Assembly (NCBI GenBank): GCA_964016885.1
Contig: CAXHJY010001688.1
Location: forward strand, 62,001-126,000
Direction of reading: 5' to 3'
DNA from: Eledone cirrhosa
Taxonomy: Eukaryota
Length of the DNA stretch: 64,000 nt
The position numbers and the translations under genes were made by a program. Shown piece by piece: positions 14,586-27,113 of this stretch (its first letter is position 1; each line of letters opens with the position of its first letter). The notes beneath the pieces were generated by a model that was given only the letters and a program-made list of their open reading frames with translations, did no database searches and was not told where the DNA came from.

Positions 14586-14615
<30 letters not shown>

Positions 14616-14616
<1 letters not shown>

Positions 14617-14874
14617 TTAGGGTAAACATTGATGCAATTCAAATCAAGCACTCAACGTACTTATTCCACATAGGGGAGATGGAGTAAATATCGAATAAGG
14701 AAAAGCGAAGTTGTTTCAGATGTTCAAGTCTTTTAATAATAATGCTGTGATATATATTTCAATGGCGACAGTGGCCACACTGTTCTGTGTGCCAGTGTCG
14801 CGACATCGTCAGACAGCTTTTTACATAATAAGGTTATGTTTCCGAGGCAATCCAAATTGAATCGACATGGGAAC
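14616..14874 (-). repeat. Left arm of a 259-bp inverted repeat (partner 15581-15839)
   Basis: CTTAGGGTAAAC...CATGGGAAC is the reverse complement of 15581-15839 with about 10 mismatches. It starts directly after (TA)n. Confidence 0.95.
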
Positions 14875-15580
14875 ATGTGCTTTTGGGTTCTTCATCCGTT
14901 CCCCTGTAAGTACCAAATCACCCCCACCGGTCTGTGCAGGCGCAGTTCCAAAGGAAGTTGACCATTAGCTACCGTAGATTTCAACGAAATTCCCTTAGTC
15001 AGGTCCCCCTCTCAGCCAAACAATGACCCATTCAAGCCTGCACCATAGTCTACTGCTACCCATCCCGTCTGTGGCAGTCAGCCGAAAGCCAGAGGGGATG
15101 GGAGAGTGTTAGTATTTACAGGTCTCAATACTACCTCTCACCAAGCATGGACAGTATAATTGACTATCAACCTCTAAGAGAAAATATACTTAATTCTAGG
15201 TATCATGGTTTCACATTGGAAGTTATGAGTGAGAGTTGGAAATTATAACTAAAAATTAACATTCAAAATTGAAAATCCTAAATCAAATATCAGAAAATAG
15301 AAATTAAAAAATTAACAATTAGAAATTAAAAGATTTTTCAAGTGAGAATCCGGATTGAGGTGAGTAAAAAAATATAGATTGAAGTGAGTAAATAATATTC
15401 AGAGAGATGTTTAAGTAAGAAGTTTTGAAAGGGGTATTAATGTTACAGTTATATTATCTACACACTGAACGATTGTACTGTACAGTAGAACGGAGGGTAA
15501 ATTACAGTATGAAGGGTAGTAGTTAGTCGGGTACATAGTTAGAATTTCCATCACATGGAACAAAACCACCCAAAAAACCC

Positions 15581-15839
15581 GTTCCCATGTCGATTCAATT
15601 TGGATTGCCTCGGAAACATAACCTTATTATGTAACAAGCTGTCTGGCGATGTCGCGACACTGGCGCACAGAACAGTGTGGCCACTGTCGCCATTGAAATA
15701 TATATCACAGCATTATTATTAAAAGACTTGAACATCTGAAACTACTTCGCTTTTCCTTATTCGCTATTTACTCCGTCACTCCTATGTGGAATAACTACGT
15801 TGAGTGCTTGAATTGAATTGCATCAATATTTACCCTAAG
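15581..15839 (+). repeat. Right arm of the 259-bp inverted repeat
   Basis: GTTCCCATGTCGATTC...TACCCTAAG. Confidence 0.95.
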
Positions 15840-16250
15840 AATTTAGCTCCAATTAGTTGAGCGCTCTATGATGTAACCGATATGGTGGAGAAAAGAGGAA
15901 CCAGCCACGAGCTACACCCGGAAATTGCCTCTACCATGGGGATGGAAACCCCTGACATTGTACGGACATAATAATAACTTTCGGCAGGATAAACACGCGG
16001 AATCAAGTTGGAAGAGGTGTGGTAGATGCTTACGACTGGTGGCATTTTTGCTAGAAAGCACAGCACAATACAGCCAAATTTTTATCTCAACCTAGTGGGA
16101 GATTATTTCATATAAAAGTTTACATATATATATATATATACATACACATATATATACGTGTTTTGCAACCGGTCACTTTCAACATATCATATGTTGATTT
16201 AAAACTGCACTATTCACAAGTGTTTTTTAACTTCATATCATGTCTTCCTA

Positions 16251-16317
16251 TTTTATCTGATGAAAACACAAATGTCATCGCATGATGATATTTGTTTTTG
16301 AAATGCGCATAATACAA
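16251..16317 (+). ncRNA. Minimal type I hammerhead ribozyme in a PLE-type 3' fragment (about 16170-16352)
   Basis: TTTTAT-CTGATGA-long stem II (ACAAATGTCATC/GATGATATTTGT)-GAAA-T-GCGC-A-TA|ATACAA. Homologue at 53259-53325. Confidence 0.75.
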
Positions 16318-16884
16318 TACATGGAACTCTTTTAACCATCTTTTGATCTTATATATTATATATATATATTAAAGTTATTGAAAGAATTAATTGACCCGCG
16401 TGCATATTATTTTATTATTTTATGTTTTGCGATGACCTCCCCTTTCCGCTTGATGGCAGTGTGAGATTTCTCATTGTGAGACTGCTGGAATTTCAAATTT
16501 GGCGGTCATTCTAGCACGGAGGGGTACCATCGCTGAACATTAATATCGGTAAGGTTGTTTTTATATCGATATTTGTCGGGCATCCACTGATGATTTATAA
16601 GTGCCCACCTACATATATTCCTACGGACTATGTGTCGGCTTCTACATAACCAGGACATTATTTTCCCAATTTGTAGAAAACTTATAATGAAACGATCCTT
16701 TGGAAAGAGAGATGTATTTTAATTATGTCTCATATAAAATAATACAACTAGCTATGCGCAAAATACGTATAGTTAGCACCCCAAACGTATAATTGGGATC
16801 ATACTAAGGTACATCCTAATGTTTGTTGGGTGAGACGGAAGCCGGTTGGAGTATAGCTTAAAGCTTTCTCTGTTAATGTATTAA

Positions 16885-16943
<59 letters not shown>

Positions 16944-17232
16944 GGAGGGAAAATAGCGAGATAGATATCAATAGTTAGAGAGATAGCTTGATGAATGACG
17001 CTCTGTGTACTTTTGACCGTATAGCAACTCTCTAGCTTGGTCGTCATGTATTACACTTATTGATTAGTCTGGGTTAAAAACTAGCAGACGGTATTAATTA
17101 TGAAAAATATTTATATTCAAGAAATAATATGTTTTGTCTTAGAGTCCATTCACTCATTTAATCACACCCACACAAAAGTATATTAAAAAGAAAACTTCGG
17201 TTTCATGTAGAGATATGATACAATATATATAA

Positions 17233-17831
17233 TTGATGCAAAAAGGGTTTTCAAAATGCTTAGGTGCGTAAAATACATAGATTTTCTTTTGGGGCGAATT
17301 AAATGTTGATCTTTGTCTCGACTTGCCTTAAGGTTTCTTTCTCTACTACAGTAAGATTGAATTAGTATTATGTGAATAAAATGATTAGTTTGAGAATGGT
17401 CACATCCAGTGCCCAACGTCATTAGGATGGTGATCTCTCGAGAAAGCTTTAAATTTTAAACTCTGCCATATTTCTTTGAAATCCAGTGATTGTTTGTATA
17501 CCGCGATATAAATATTTTCAGTATATCTAGAATACATTGTGAAATATTGAAATATTTATAGATGTGAATCAAGGAATTATTTTATTAGCTATTACTGTAG
17601 GTGTCTAAAGTATTGGGGATGTAACCATAGAAACAAGGAAATCTGCACCAATAAGTCAAACGGAAACATAGCAACATTAATAACGACGCCCAAAACTGTC
17701 ATTCACATAAATAATTGCATTACAACACTAATGATGAATCTGCTACAAAACTATAATTAAAACATCTATAAATATATTTTCATCAGTGCTTACATAATAT
17801 TAATTCAAGCAGAGTCGCATTTGTTATCAAC
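17233..17831 (-). repeat. Right arm of the ~600-bp inverted repeat
   Basis: Reverse complement of 12914-13511. It runs into (CT)n, mirroring the (AG)n on the left. Confidence 0.95.
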
Positions 17832-17918
17832 TCTCTCTCTCTCTATCTGACTCTCTCCCTCCCTCCCCCCCTCTCTCTCTCTTTCTCTCTGACTCTCTCT
17901 CTCTCTCTGTCTATCTCT

Positions 17919-17960
<42 letters not shown>

Positions 17961-17986
17961 CTCAATTTATCTTATTTCTCCTTCTT

Positions 17987-18022
17987 TCTTCTGATGAAGG
18001 ACTAGCGTCCGAAACGTTAAGA
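17987..18022 (+). ncRNA. Minimal type I hammerhead ribozyme (dimer-type stem III)
   Basis: TCTT-CTGATGA-A-GGAC tagc GTCC-GAAA-CG-TT|AAGA, followed by about 90 nt and then (TA)n. Confidence 0.8.
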
Positions 18023-18105
18023 CCCTCTTCCTGCCATATCAAGTATTAACCTAATATATCCCTTCCATATACTGTACCGATTATATTGTTTTTCTGTTTA
18101 CCTTT

Positions 18106-18145
<40 letters not shown>

Positions 18146-18147
<2 letters not shown>

Positions 18148-18349
18148 AAAAAGTATGACCCCCGACGGCAGAGCTCAAGTCGTTTCGACAGCTATTTCTG
18201 GACATAGCTGGAGTCCAGAAATAGCCGTCGAAACGGCTTGAGCTCTGCCGTCGGGGTCATACTTTTTCCTGTTTCCCACTCTACTACCCTAAGTATTGAG
18301 GACTCCGGTGCATTATGGTCCATCTGGTTCCTTACCACAATTCCTTTGT
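18146..18349 (+). mobile_element. Family A PLE-type 3' fragment: hairpin + ~80-nt tail, carrying an HHR 3' half
   Basis: Inverted repeat 18146-18269. GAAACGGC-ttgagctct-GCCGTC forms HHR stem III with a GUC site. Flanked by (TA)n. Confidence 0.75.
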
Positions 18350-18378
18350 TATATATATATATATATAAATATATCTTT

Positions 18379-18474
<96 letters not shown>

Positions 18475-18489
18475 TTATATATATATATA

Positions 18490-18907
18490 GCTGTGTATAA
18501 TGGTAGCTATGGTACTTCCATATGCGGTATGCCAAAATTAGCACTCGATATTCAGCAGAGTAGAGTGTAGATAGTATTAAAAAAACGAAAAATCAGTGAT
18601 GCATCTGGACTTAATTTATTGCGTGTTACAATTGTTTCGCCGGCAGGTAGCTCGAGACATGGTCCCTGTATGGATCTGGCTGATTCTACGGCTGCAGGTT
18701 CTTTCAGACACGGGTAGTTCGTTCAGCGCAAATTTAATCACAGTGATAAAATTTGCTCCGAACGAACTAGCCGTGTCTGAAAGAACCTGCAGCCGTAGAA
18801 TCAGCCAGATCCATACAGGGACCATGTCTCGAGCTACCTGCCGGCGAAACAATTGTAACACGCAATAAATTAAGTCCAGATGCATCACTGATTTTTCGTT
18901 TTCTTTA

Positions 18908-18913
<6 letters not shown>
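18490..18913 (-). mobile_element. Family C: 343-bp palindrome (18571-18913, centre 18742) plus 81-nt tail, with two opposed HHR-like motifs
   Basis: Near-perfect palindrome. CGTGT-CTGAAAGA...GAAA-CAATTG-TA|ACACG at 18772-18862 (+) and 18622-18712 (-). (TA)n on both sides. Confidence 0.75.
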
Positions 18914-18979
<66 letters not shown>

Positions 18980-18981
<2 letters not shown>

Positions 18982-20161
18982 TAGCAGCAGTACCCAGCGT
19001 TGCCTGAGTAGGTAAAATAATATCTGCTTTGATGGAAAGGTGTTGATCTTAGCGACTGCTTCTCGATGACTCATCTATGGCCACACACAGGCCATGCGGG
19101 GGAGGGTGTTGATGACCTTTATCACTGAGAAACGCGGGTGACTGACGAAGGGGCATGCTGGGGGAGGGAGGTAATGACCTCTAACACTAAGCCAAATTTC
19201 CTCACGCTACTTGATTGGAAACCGATGAATTCTCAAATACACAAATAGAAGCTCAGACGACGTCAGTGGCCATCGTTTTGCATTTGACCATCTATAAGAT
19301 GTGCAATGATAGGTTCTATCGTAGTATAAAAGTTGAACCAAATAAATTCATTTATGTGTGAGGTGGAGCCGAAGTTTCGAATTTGCACGAAATCGGTTGA
19401 AAAATTTGGGAGCTAATGATAGGTCGCCGTCCCTGAACAAAAAATGCAAAGTGTAAAGCTACTATAAGATGTGCAATGATAGATTCCATCGTAGTATAAA
19501 AGTTGAACCAAATAAATTGATTTATGTGTGAAGTGGAGCTGAAGTTTCGAACGAAAACGGTTGAAAAGTGTGGGAGCTAAAGCCGAAAAGGCGGAAATTT
19601 GAGCGAAAGGGTGGTATTTTCCAATATTTAAGCGGCTGCCACGCCGTTTCTGAACAAAAAATCCAAAATGTAAAGCCACTTTCAGACGTGAAATAATCAG
19701 CTCTAGCGTAGTGTAAAATTCGAATAAAATAGGTTGATTAATGTGGGAGCTAGAGCCGAAAAAGTGGAAATTTGAGTCTGAAAGTGGTATTTTTGAATAT
19801 TTAAGCGGCTGCCACGCTGTCCCTGGACAACAAATGCAAAATATAAAAGCATTACAGGATGTGCAATGATAAATTCTATTTTTCTTTAAAATTTAAACGA
19901 AATCGGTGGCAAAATGTGGGAGCTAAAGCGAAAAATCTAATTTTTCGATACCTAAAAAAATGTGACCCCCTATCGCTTTTTATCTGTAGAATGACCCAGG
20001 AATGAAAAAACGATACGCTGATATATGGAAAATACTGCCCGATGACTAATCTATGAGCCTGTAAAGTTTCATGAAAATCGGTCGTAAGATGTAAGCCCCT
20101 ATAGGTGATACACAGACACACAGACACACACACATATATTTAATTTTATATATATACAGAT
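18980..20161 (+). mobile_element. Non-autonomous Helitron/Helentron-like element with internal ~170-190-bp diverged repeats
   Basis: 5' ACTAG..ACCCAGCGTTGCCTG short hairpin, repeated AAATCGGTTGAAAA...GGGAGCTA blocks, and a 3' AAAGTTTCATGAAAATCGG...(CAGA/CA)n...TTTATATATATACAGAT end. No TIR or TSD seen. Confidence 0.5.
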
Positions 20162-20231
20162 ATATATATATATGTGTGTGTGTGTGTATGTGTGTGTGTG
20201 TGTGTGTGGCACAAAACTTCGGAGAGAATAA

Positions 20232-20400
20232 TATCGATTCTATTTTCCCCATTACTTGTCTGCTACTTTTTTCTATTGACCTTGTAAGGATGAAAATCAA
20301 ATTTGACCACGGTGGGATTTGAACTCAGGATTTAAAGAGATCAGCCAAAGAATCATAAGCATTCGTCCGACGCCGTATGAACTCTGCTAATTCACTGTCT
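20232..20400 (-). mobile_element. Old tRNA-derived Deu/Nin-core SINE
   Basis: Diverged match to 20686-20869 (GGGATTTGAACTC B box, AAGGATGAAA core). Confidence 0.65.
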
Positions 20401-20685
20401 TGAAATGTACTAAAAATTAAAACGGAATATTGGACTACATAGATGCGCAACCCATGAAATGAAACAAGAAATCGAAATGGTATCCGAATACGACAAAGAG
20501 AAAATATAGCGAAATCGTACCAGATTCTGAATCACACCACTAATTTATATAGCCGCGCTGATGGCAGAAACTAGTGTTCTGTGAGGAAAGGTTAGAAAAC
20601 AGTCTTGTATTCCGCCAATCCATTGTGTCTATTAATATGTCACGTTATTCTCAACTATTGAGTCCTCATAATTACTTTTAGAGAC

Positions 20686-20869
20686 GGTGGCTTGGCAGTA
20701 TCAGTAGATGGTCGGACGCCATGCTTTGCAGCAAAGAGTTACGGTCCTTTATGGTCTCAGTTCAAATCCCGCCGAGGTTAACTTTGCCTTTCATCCTTAC
20801 GGGGTCGATAAAATAAAGTACCAGTAACGCACTGGCATAATTGCTGGCCTTGTACCAAAAGTAGAAATA
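20686..20869 (+). mobile_element. tRNA-derived SINE with Deu/Nin core and 18-bp TSD
   Basis: B box GTTCAAATCC and core GCCTTTCATCCTTACGGGGTCGATAAAATAAAGTACC. TSD ATAATTACTTTYAGAGAC at 20668-20685 and 20870-20887. Confidence 0.88.
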
Positions 20870-21163
20870 ATAATTACTTTCAGAGACAATCTCCTATCAT
20901 ATTTCAACGCAATAAATGTCCCTCTGTAAATCTGGTGTTTTTTTTTTCCTCTGTTAGCTCACATTGTTGAGTTAAATTTCTGTCAACGAAGAAAAATACA
21001 GCAAGTAACATATGTACTGCAAGTTGAATCAAAGACATATTGCATCTATATCGTTTATTCTCGTCATATTTTTTCATATTGTATTGATATTTACATTTGT
21101 GGAGAACCGTATTCTGTGTTGTAAGTTTTCTCTGCAAATGTAGAAGCTTTATTATAACCACAA

Positions 21164-21164
21164 A

Positions 21165-21215
<51 letters not shown>

Positions 21216-21232
21216 GCTACTATTACTACTAC
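21164..21232. repeat. (CTA)n microsatellite
   Basis: Visible directly. Confidence 0.95.
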
Positions 21233-21700
21233 CTTTATTGCTGTGAATGGTCACGTTTCACAGAAATTCGCACAGGAAACATGTACTTTCCAAGAAAAAA
21301 CAAAATATTTGTTTAAAAAATACGAAATTATCTCTTTCAACAGACGATTACACTATCAGGAATCTTGCAAAGCAAATACAAAAATAAAAAAATCATGAAT
21401 TTTTTTTCTTTTCCTTTTACCAGCATCACATGGTTTCGGTACATTTTAACATGTTTTGTTTTTCATTAGATATGATAAACGATAGTTTTTTTTCCTTAGA
21501 TCTTTTAACCTTACATTTATTTTGGCAAATAGTCATTTGCAAGAATTACACTGGTTCCTAGGTCACTGTCCCAAGAGCGAAGGTAGTGATACACGCCTCA
21601 GTCAGGGGTAGCTATAACATGAATAAACACGTCCCAAAATTATTTTGGAATCTAAACAAAGGAACAGAATTAATCTCACAGACACAAGTTTTATAATAAT

Positions 21701-21886
21701 TGCTTCTACTGTTGGCACAGGCCAGCAACTACCCAGTACATTACTGGTACTTTATTTTATCGACCCCGTAAGGATGAAAGGCAAAGTTAACCCCAGCGTG
21801 ATTTGAACTTAGAATGGCAAGGGCCGTAACTCTATGCGTCAAAGCATAGTGTCCGACCCTCTACCGATACTGCCAATCCACCGTCC
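21701..21886 (-). mobile_element. Deu/Nin-core SINE, same family
   Basis: Reverse complement of 20686-20869. Candidate TSD TTTTATAATAAT at 21689-21700 and 21891-21902. Confidence 0.88.
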
Positions 21887-22153
21887 GAATTTTTATAATA
21901 ATAAACACAAAAATAACATTCAAAATAAATAAAAAAAGAATAATGCTGGAAATATTACCTGAAATGAAATGTTAAACCAAAGCATAGTCTATGTGATACG
22001 GTGCGAAATATGTGTATGTGTATATGTATGAACCTGTAACTTCCGGAGGAATTGTAGGGCCGCAGTACCGATATATGGTGTTTCTAGGCTATTTTTAAAT
22101 CTGACGAATACAATCTCATCTCCAATACTGAATACAGTAGATTTATTCCAGAG

Positions 22154-22203
<50 letters not shown>

Positions 22204-22229
22204 GAAGTGAGAAAGAGATATAGAGGAAG

Positions 22230-22408
22230 AATCGACCCCAGTAGTAGACTGATACTTTCAGTCTAGTACTCGGGTCGATGTTTGAAAGGCAAAGTTGAAT
22301 GTTTGAATATTTGTTTGAAAAGCAAAGTTGACCTCGGTGGGATTTGAATTCGGAGAGCAGAGAGCCGAAACCAATGCTGCAAAGCATTCTGACCTTCTAA
22401 CAACTCGG
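22230..22408 (-). mobile_element. Old Deu/Nin-core SINE with a small internal duplication
   Basis: AAGGCAAAGTTGA is duplicated; CCTCGGTGGGATTTGAA B-box region. Confidence 0.6.
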
Positions 22409-22879
22409 TACATTCACTAACTCGCAAAACTTATACAAATGCAGTATACCAAAATGAAGAGCTTGACTTGAGGCAGTTCTGAGGAATTGTGGAGTGAGGT
22501 GTGTAACAGTGGACAGTGATTCCCTGCCTGAGGGTATACTTCCTTTTTGCTATTCAAATATTGAATTATCTCCCATATTCCGTTGCAAGAAGAAATTCCT
22601 GGGTAATATGTAGGAGAACGTCTACTCAATACACATGAGTGTATCAAATGGTAGAGTGTACTTTGTTTTTACCGCAGAGCACTATGCCTAGAAAAGAACA
22701 AATGATTCACCTTTCCCGAGTCTACAAGCTCGAGTCCGTGTATATCGGATACAGAAACCCTAGGATCGCGGCCTAGATATTGGCCTAGAAGTCGATCATT
22801 CGTTTGTTATCACATCAAAGCACACATCTACTGACATGTGATGAACACAACAGTATCTTGAAATAATATGGTCTGTTGG

Positions 22880-23430
22880 GGTCTGTATGGACAATCAGAT
22901 GCTAATAAGCCTAAAAACCACAATCCCTGTCGTGTATGGGCTGGGGTCAATCAGACTATATCTACAGGGTGAAATGTCAAGAGGTGACACATATAGAGGT
23001 AATGGTTATTTGAGCCTCCTATCCAGATGAAAGGAAAGCCTGACTAAAGATAGGCGCTGCTGGGATACAATCGAAGCAGCAGTAACAATTATAACAGCAG
23101 GCTCCTAATGTGAAAACCATCACTGATGTTATTGCTGTTTCTATAGAACCACAAGAGAGTACGTGCATTGGAAATGACCTCAGTATCACCAGAACTAAGG
23201 CTACAATACCACTGAGTGGTTGAAGCTGATCACAAGACCGACCAGATGGTATGTGCAGCAGTAGCATCCATTCCAGTCTTATATGGCACTCTTAATTTCC
23301 CCGAGAACTACGTTGTGTACGTGTGTTTGTAGAATACTCAGCCACATGCTTGTTAATATCACGAGCAAGTTGTTCCTTTCATTGTATCAACTGGAACACT
23401 CATTATCGTAAGCGACGCAGTACAGACTAT
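22880..23430 (+). mobile_element. Decayed interspersed retroelement 3' region
   Basis: Resembles, from recall only, an abundant octopus repeat (TACTCAGCCAC...TTAAT.TCACGAGCA...TCAACTGGAAC). Ends near a short (ATC)n tract. Confidence 0.35.
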
Positions 23431-24013
23431 CATCATCTGTATTATCATCATCATCGACATCAGTACGTTGGTCGTTTCTATTGCTACAAGAAGCAGCAGT
23501 AAAATCATTATTTAACGTCACACAACTAAAAATATTTGTTCTTAGATTTTCAGGAGTTATCGATACTTTCTCGTACTTTAAACTGTGCTAGATTTTAACA
23601 GATAATTAATTCTGCTTACATCTTCAAATAAATGTCTGAAATCTTATACTGAAATTGTAAATATTTGATATTGTTACATGCGACACTCTCTTCACTTATG
23701 ACCAGATATATATACAGCTTTCATTTCAACAATATCACCAAGACATACAGACAGACTCGTAACGATAATATTATACTTATTAACAGACCTAACAAACCTC
23801 CACCTCTCCGTTTAATATCAGCATCAAGAACTCATATGACATTAATAGAATTTACCCAGATTCGATTTCTATTCACATTCCCAGTTATTGATCTGTCTGC
23901 AGACATTCAAGATATTCATCGATCAAAAGTTCGAAGACTACCTCAATAGTTTAGTTCTGGTAGAAACTGAAGAAATTATGAACTCTTCTTCTTTCATTCA
24001 ATTTAACATGACA

Positions 24014-24164
<151 letters not shown>

Positions 24165-24234
24165 CATATACACACACACACACACGCACACATATATATA
24201 TATATATATATACATACACACACACATATATATA

Positions 24235-24445
24235 GGAAAAAGTATGACCCCGACGGCAGAGCTCAAGCCGTTTCGACGGCTATTTCTGGACTAAATTCAC
24301 TAAATTTAGTCCAGAAATAGCCGTCGAAACGGCTTGAGCTCTGATGTCGGGGTCATACTTTTTCCTGTTTCCCACTCTACTACCCTAAGTATTGAGTACT
24401 CTGGTGCGTTATGGTCCATCTGGTTCCTTACCACAATTCCTTTGT
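24235..24445 (+). mobile_element. Family A hairpin + ~80-nt tail
   Basis: Inverted repeat 24235-24365 with a different loop from the 18146 copy, and the same tail. Confidence 0.75.
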
Positions 24446-24486
24446 AATATATATATATATATGTATATATACACACACACAAACAC

Positions 24487-24536
<50 letters not shown>

Positions 24537-24719
24537 TATATATATGACATATTTCGAATATAAACTTGGTTAGCACACTCATGTTTCCATCGGTCGATGA
24601 CCCTGGGGATCTCTGTCCTTCGTTCGTATTTTTATTTCTTTTAAATCATTTTCTAAAGGAATTCCCCTTAAAACATTGTTTTTCGTTCTTGTCTAGTCCT
24701 CTCTTTGTTAATTTTCTTT

Positions 24720-24720
<1 letters not shown>

Positions 24721-24757
<37 letters not shown>

Positions 24758-24786
24758 CGTGTGCGTGTGAGTGTATATATATATAA

Positions 24787-24844
<58 letters not shown>

Positions 24845-24855
24845 GCGTGTGAGTG

Positions 24856-24897
<42 letters not shown>

Positions 24898-24913
24898 CGT
24901 GTGCGTGTGAGTG

Positions 24914-24955
<42 letters not shown>

Positions 24956-25063
24956 CGAGTGTTTGTGTGTATGTGTGTGTGTGCGTGTGAGTGTATATAT
25001 ATATGTGTGTATGTGTGTATGCGTGTGTGTGTATATATATATATATGTGTGTGCGTGTGTGTG

Positions 25064-25097
<34 letters not shown>

Positions 25098-25150
25098 CGT
25101 GCGTGTATATGTATATATATGTGTGTGTGTGTGTGTGCGTGTGTGTATAC
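24721..25150. repeat. Compound (TA)n/(TG)n microsatellite with a repeated GCGTGTGCGTGTGAGTG unit
   Basis: Visible directly. Confidence 0.9.
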
Positions 25151-25481
25151 AGAAAGGAAGGGGGATTGAGACAGACACAGAATAATTGAAAGTGTTAATT
25201 TCTGTAGCTTTAAGGGTGTAAGGTGTAGGAGGAAGGTAATAACAGCCAGGTAGTTTATAAGAGTATAGAGATGTGAGAGACATAGAGAGAGAACGGGAGA
25301 GAGAGAAGGGGAAATATAGGGAGAGATATATAGAAATATAGAGAGAGGGGGGTGGAGGGAGAGAAAGAGAGAGGGGGAGGGGAAATAAAAAGAGAGACAG
25401 AGAGAGGGAAATAGAGAGAGGGGGGAAGAAAAGACAGACTAATGTTTGCTGTAATGATAAAGGTAATGAAATAGCAATTAA

Positions 25482-25666
25482 AATAATTGTTTCTACTTTA
25501 GGCACAAGGCCAGCAATTATTCCAGTGTATTACTGGTACTTATTTTATCGACCCCGTAAGAATGAAAGGCAAAGTTAACCTCGGCGAGATTTGAACTCAG
25601 GTCGTAAAGGGACGTAACTATGCTGGAAAGCATGGCGTCCGACTCTCTACCGATACTGCCAATCCA
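25482..25666 (-). mobile_element. Deu/Nin-core SINE, same family
   Basis: Reverse complement of 20686-20869. Confidence 0.85.
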
Positions 25667-25701
25667 ATAATCATGACAACGATGGGATTATTGGGTAGAA
25701 C

Positions 25702-25980
25702 GATGATGATGATGATGACGATGATGATGGTGATGATGGTGATGGTGATGATGGTGATGACGGTGATGACGATGACGATGATGATGACGATGATGATGAT
25801 GACGATGATGACGATGAGGAGGATAACACGATGATGATGATGATGGTGATGACGATGGTGACGATGATGACGATGATGATGATGATGACGATGATGACGA
25901 TGATGACGATGATGATGATGACGATGATGATGATGATGACGATGATGATGACAATGATGATGATGATGATGATGATGATA
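25702..25980. repeat. (GAT/GAC/GGT)n trinucleotide repeat
   Basis: Visible directly. Confidence 0.95.
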
Positions 25981-26357
25981 ACATTGATGATCGTAACGAT
26001 GACAATAGCCAGAAAAAGCCAATGGTTGAGATGAGGTGAGGGGTGTGTGATGAGGTGAAGGTATAACGATATTAACGATGAGACGTGAATAGATGGACAG
26101 GGACTGAAGAAGAGGTTTTAAATAACAGGTTAGGAGAAAAGGAAAGAACATATTTTAATTTTCAGTCCATTGTTTTGTGCAATGTCATCAAAAGTGACAC
26201 ATTAGTTGAATGACCCTTAGGCCCTGTGTCAATCTGTTTATAACAAAAGGTCACAGTAACTGCACCCACTTTAGGTTGAAACACAAATTCAATTGGCCTT
26301 TGAAATATGCTCCGGCATTCCAACAAAATTTCATGTGTATAAAATAAACTATTTGCA

Positions 26358-26399
<42 letters not shown>

Positions 26400-26406
<7 letters not shown>

Positions 26407-26531
26407 TGTAATAAACAACATAAGGCAATTATTCCATTTACCAGTTGCCTTATGTTGTTTATTACATAACTATTAAGCTCTGTTACCTACATAGAGCACT
26501 CTTTTTTCCTGGACTTTTCCGACGGAATTAC

Positions 26532-26534
<3 letters not shown>
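26400..26534 (+). mobile_element. Family D hairpin (29-bp arms) + 61-nt tail in (TA)n
   Basis: ATAGTTATGTAATAAACAACATAAGGCAA at 26400-26428 with its perfect reverse complement at 26445-26473. Confidence 0.55.
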
Positions 26535-26573
<39 letters not shown>

Positions 26574-26767
26574 AAAAATGTGGGGAGAAGAATACTGCAT
26601 GGTTGCACATGGATAACATGTTATAAAATGAGTCCCTCATCAGTGATTTGCCAACGGTCATTGGTATTTCATTGCATTAAAAATCATATACCTCACGTTG
26701 GTGCAATAATAACTAAAATAAGTTATTAGGACAATTAAAATGCGTAAAGCGAGTGAGACACACACAC

Positions 26768-26836
<69 letters not shown>

Positions 26837-26914
26837 TAACGGTTCTTATATATTTGATATATATTTATCCTTATCGAGCCCTCTTTGGATTTTAGTCTTC
26901 AAACTTATTATTAT

Positions 26915-26969
<55 letters not shown>

Positions 26970-26970
26970 T

Positions 26971-27113
26971 AAGTTTATCCCGGGTTCAATCGGAGTAACC
27001 ACAGTAAGGTACTCAACACAAAAGAGAGTAAAAATATTTAATATAGAGAAGCTTCTACAGGACTATCACTGTTTCATTCGTTCACAAATGAAACAGTTCT
27101 AATTCTGTAGAAG

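Noticed and set aside
15612-15640. GAAACATAA...TTATGTA as HHR stem III in the inner inverted repeat
   Set aside because: A 6-bp stem is present, but no CUGANGA or stem I partner is found upstream in either arm.
16429-16554. Long imperfect hairpin (GCGATG...CATCGC) as an ncRNA
   Set aside because: Pairing is patchy and matches no family I recognise; may be decayed MITE ends.
18596-18888. Twin 90-aa ORFs on opposite strands
   Set aside because: A consequence of the palindrome; GTG start and no recognisable domain.
25618-26151. His-rich, Ser-rich and Met-rich ORFs
   Set aside because: Translations of the (GAT)n repeat.
26605-26650. Minus-strand CTGATGAGGGAC as an HHR
   Set aside because: No stem II partner and no GAAA.
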